Shown one piece after another: positions 25,115 through 26,713 of a stretch of 26,713 nt of DNA. Position 1 is the first letter of the stretch. Each line of letters begins with the position of its first letter. The notes beneath the pieces were generated by a model. It was not told the origin of the DNA. It worked only from the letters and a program-made list of their open reading frames with translations, and did no database searches. The stretch is taken from positions 1 through 26,713 of IMG/VR virus record IMGVR_UViG_3300037045_000362. One strand, written 5' to 3'. Position numbers and translations under genes: made by a program. This stretch comes from a virus. Its lineage: Duplodnaviria > Caudoviricetes.

Positions 25115-25385
25115 TGAAGAAATTGTTATGCGTTTTTTTAAAGCGATTGACACTTTAAAAGCGAATAAGATTATTAGAGGTGAGAAAACTTTTACAGATA
25201 GGTATTCAATCAACAGGCGGAATTTATACCAACTTCGTCAAAATCCGGAAAGAAACATTTTTCAAATGGTATGGCTATCCCACCTGATTAATGACTTTGG
25301 TGTTTCACCTCAATGGCTAATGACCGGAGAAGGTGAAATGTTTGTACCGGGGTATATCCACATCCCTTATAATAAAAAGAAATAA
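25107..25385 (+). CDS. Putative HTH DNA-binding protein
   Basis: FTDRYSINRRNL...FGVSPQWLMTGEGEMF, a repressor-like C-terminal motif. Confidence 0.75.
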   Translation: MSNEEIVMRFFKAIDTLKANKIIRGEKTFTDRYSINRRNLYQLRQNPERNIFQMVWLSHLINDFGVSPQWLMTGEGEMFVPGYIHIPYNKKK

Positions 25386-25393
25386 CGGTGAAC

Positions 25394-26713
25394 TTACAAA
25401 AGTAAGTTCACCAGTTCTGATTTAATATCATCGTCTATTTCCCGATAACGGGCAAAGGCTTTACTACCCTCCCGATGTCCAGACAAACTACCAACTAAAT
25501 TTGGGTCTTTAACTTGTTTATATAAATTTCCGATGAAAGTTCTACGAGCCAAATGCGAGGATGCTATTTCATTTAATGGAACCTGAATTGGTTCACGAGT
25601 CAGCTGGCATAAAATTGTAACTGGTCGGGTTATCTCCACAAGAGTAAAAATTTCCTTAATAGCATCATTGTACTTTTGCGATGAAATAAATGGCAAAAGC
25701 TGCTCCGTGCTTTCATTGGTATATCTGGCGATAATTTCTTTGGCTATACCATTTAAGGGCACCCTTACTGTAACCGGATCTCCATCTTTGGTTTTACGGG
25801 CTATGTATTCAACCGCATCATTAATGATATTCGATTTTTTAAGCAAAATCAAGTCCCCGACCCGGCATCCAATCAGGCATTGGAACACAAAAATATCCCG
25901 TTGAACAGCCAGGTGTTTTTTTTCACCGAAATCATGTTTATAAATCTTATTTCTTTCCACTATGGAAATATAATAAGGAGTACCATAAACAGATTCCGTT
26001 AGTTGATATTTCTTGAAAGGATTAACTGCTATCAAGTCGTTATCGACACACCAGCTTAGGAATGTTCTCAAAATTTTTAATCTGTCGTGAATTGTATTTA
26101 GGCCTCTTTGCTCGGGAATTCTGGACTCCGGCTGCTGGATAAGAATATCCGGATACATTTCAATATACGTGTATTCGTGCTTTATGTAATCTTCGACCTC
26201 ACTTAGAAAAGCTTTATTAAAACAGGAGAAAGTCAACTTGAATTCCGGAAATGATTTACGCTTAAAAAGCTCTAATCTTTTCAATAACCTATAAACAACC
26301 TTGTTCATTCGAAATCTCATATTTGACAATTTCCTTGTTTTCAAAAATTCATCGTAGGCATCAAAAAAATCACTTCCCTGATCTACGTACTTTTCGGGAT
26401 ACTTAAACTGATCTACACATATCGCCAACCAATCCTTACTCAACTGTGATTTATCAGATTGCTCGTAAGATTCGATAATGTACTTTTTTAAATTAGAAAG
26501 CGTTTCATCCAATTCAAGAAGTTCTTTTCGTTCCTGTGTATCAATCTTTGGAATCGACAAAGTTTTCTTGTGAGGTAACCACCGATTCACTGGAACGAAA
26601 TAACCCGACTTAACACGAAAACGGTTTTCACGACTAGCAGAAAAACGAATGTAAATTTCAGACTTACCAATTTTATTTACTGTTTTGGAAATAGAATATG
26701 TGAGTGTTGCCAT
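25394..26713 (-). CDS. int: Tyrosine recombinase / phage integrase
   Basis: GCRVGD (R), RKTK (K), HLARRTF (HxxR), LSGH and ARY (Y); N-terminal arm-binding-like and SAM-like regions. Confidence 0.95.
   Translation of the reverse strand: MATLTYSISKTVNKIGKSEIYIRFSASRENRFRVKSGYFVPVNRWLPHKKTLSIPKIDTQERKELLELDETLSNLKKYIIESYEQSDKSQLSKDWLAICVDQFKYPEKYVDQGSDFFDAYDEFLKTRKLSNMRFRMNKVVYRLLKRLELFKRKSFPEFKLTFSCFNKAFLSEVEDYIKHEYTYIEMYPDILIQQPESRIPEQRGLNTIHDRLKILRTFLSWCVDNDLIAVNPFKKYQLTESVYGTPYYISIVERNKIYKHDFGEKKHLAVQRDIFVFQCLIGCRVGDLILLKKSNIINDAVEYIARKTKDGDPVTVRVPLNGIAKEIIARYTNESTEQLLPFISSQKYNDAIKEIFTLVEITRPVTILCQLTREPIQVPLNEIASSHLARRTFIGNLYKQVKDPNLVGSLSGHREGSKAFARYREIDDDIKSELVNLLL

Larger units (their letters stand above)
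1..26713. mobile_element. Part of a temperate Bacteroidota prophage, including a cargo hotspot
   Basis: Gene order integrase-immunity-recombination-replication-packaging; TAnnTTTG promoters. att sites and the remaining morphogenesis genes are not visible. Confidence 0.9.

Noticed and set aside
25394-26713. Integrase as an integron integrase (IntI)
   Set aside because: It has the size and N-terminal arm-binding-like region of a prophage integrase, no recognisable IntI-specific insertion, and lies far from the cassettes.
25386-26713. Prophage att site or tRNA target
   Set aside because: The window ends at the integrase start codon; no att core or RNA gene can be identified.

Overview
Left arm of a temperate Bacteroidota (probably Bacteroidales) prophage plus an AT-rich accessory region. 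Reading right to left on the minus strand: tyrosine integrase (25394-26713); immunity region (cI-like and cro-like HTH genes, a non-coding iteron array); excisionase-like HTH; SMC/SbcC-like ATPase, RecT and MBL-fold hydrolase recombination module; replication initiator with internal 21-bp iterons; SSB; NinG; a ParB-like gene, two GREB1/TAGT-type glycosyltransferases and a stand-alone RarA C-terminal domain; small and large terminase; SPP1-type portal; a short MuF minor head protein. No capsid or tail genes are in the window. Bases 1-8700 hold seven plus-strand cargo genes (unknowns, TPR lipoprotein, DUF2971, RES, TPR-GreA/B-PIN) facing the late operon. The most striking feature is the architecture of this cargo. 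Three segments look like integron-type gene cassettes whose attC is missing. Each ends at the same ~48-bp hairpin repeat, the two whose left ends are visible start at the same ~84-bp attI-like repeat, and diverged relic copies of the muF 3' end are interspersed. This suggests a phage hotspot that captures and locks host integron cassettes and grows by recombination at the muF tail. Family calls come from motif recognition by eye; no database search was run.
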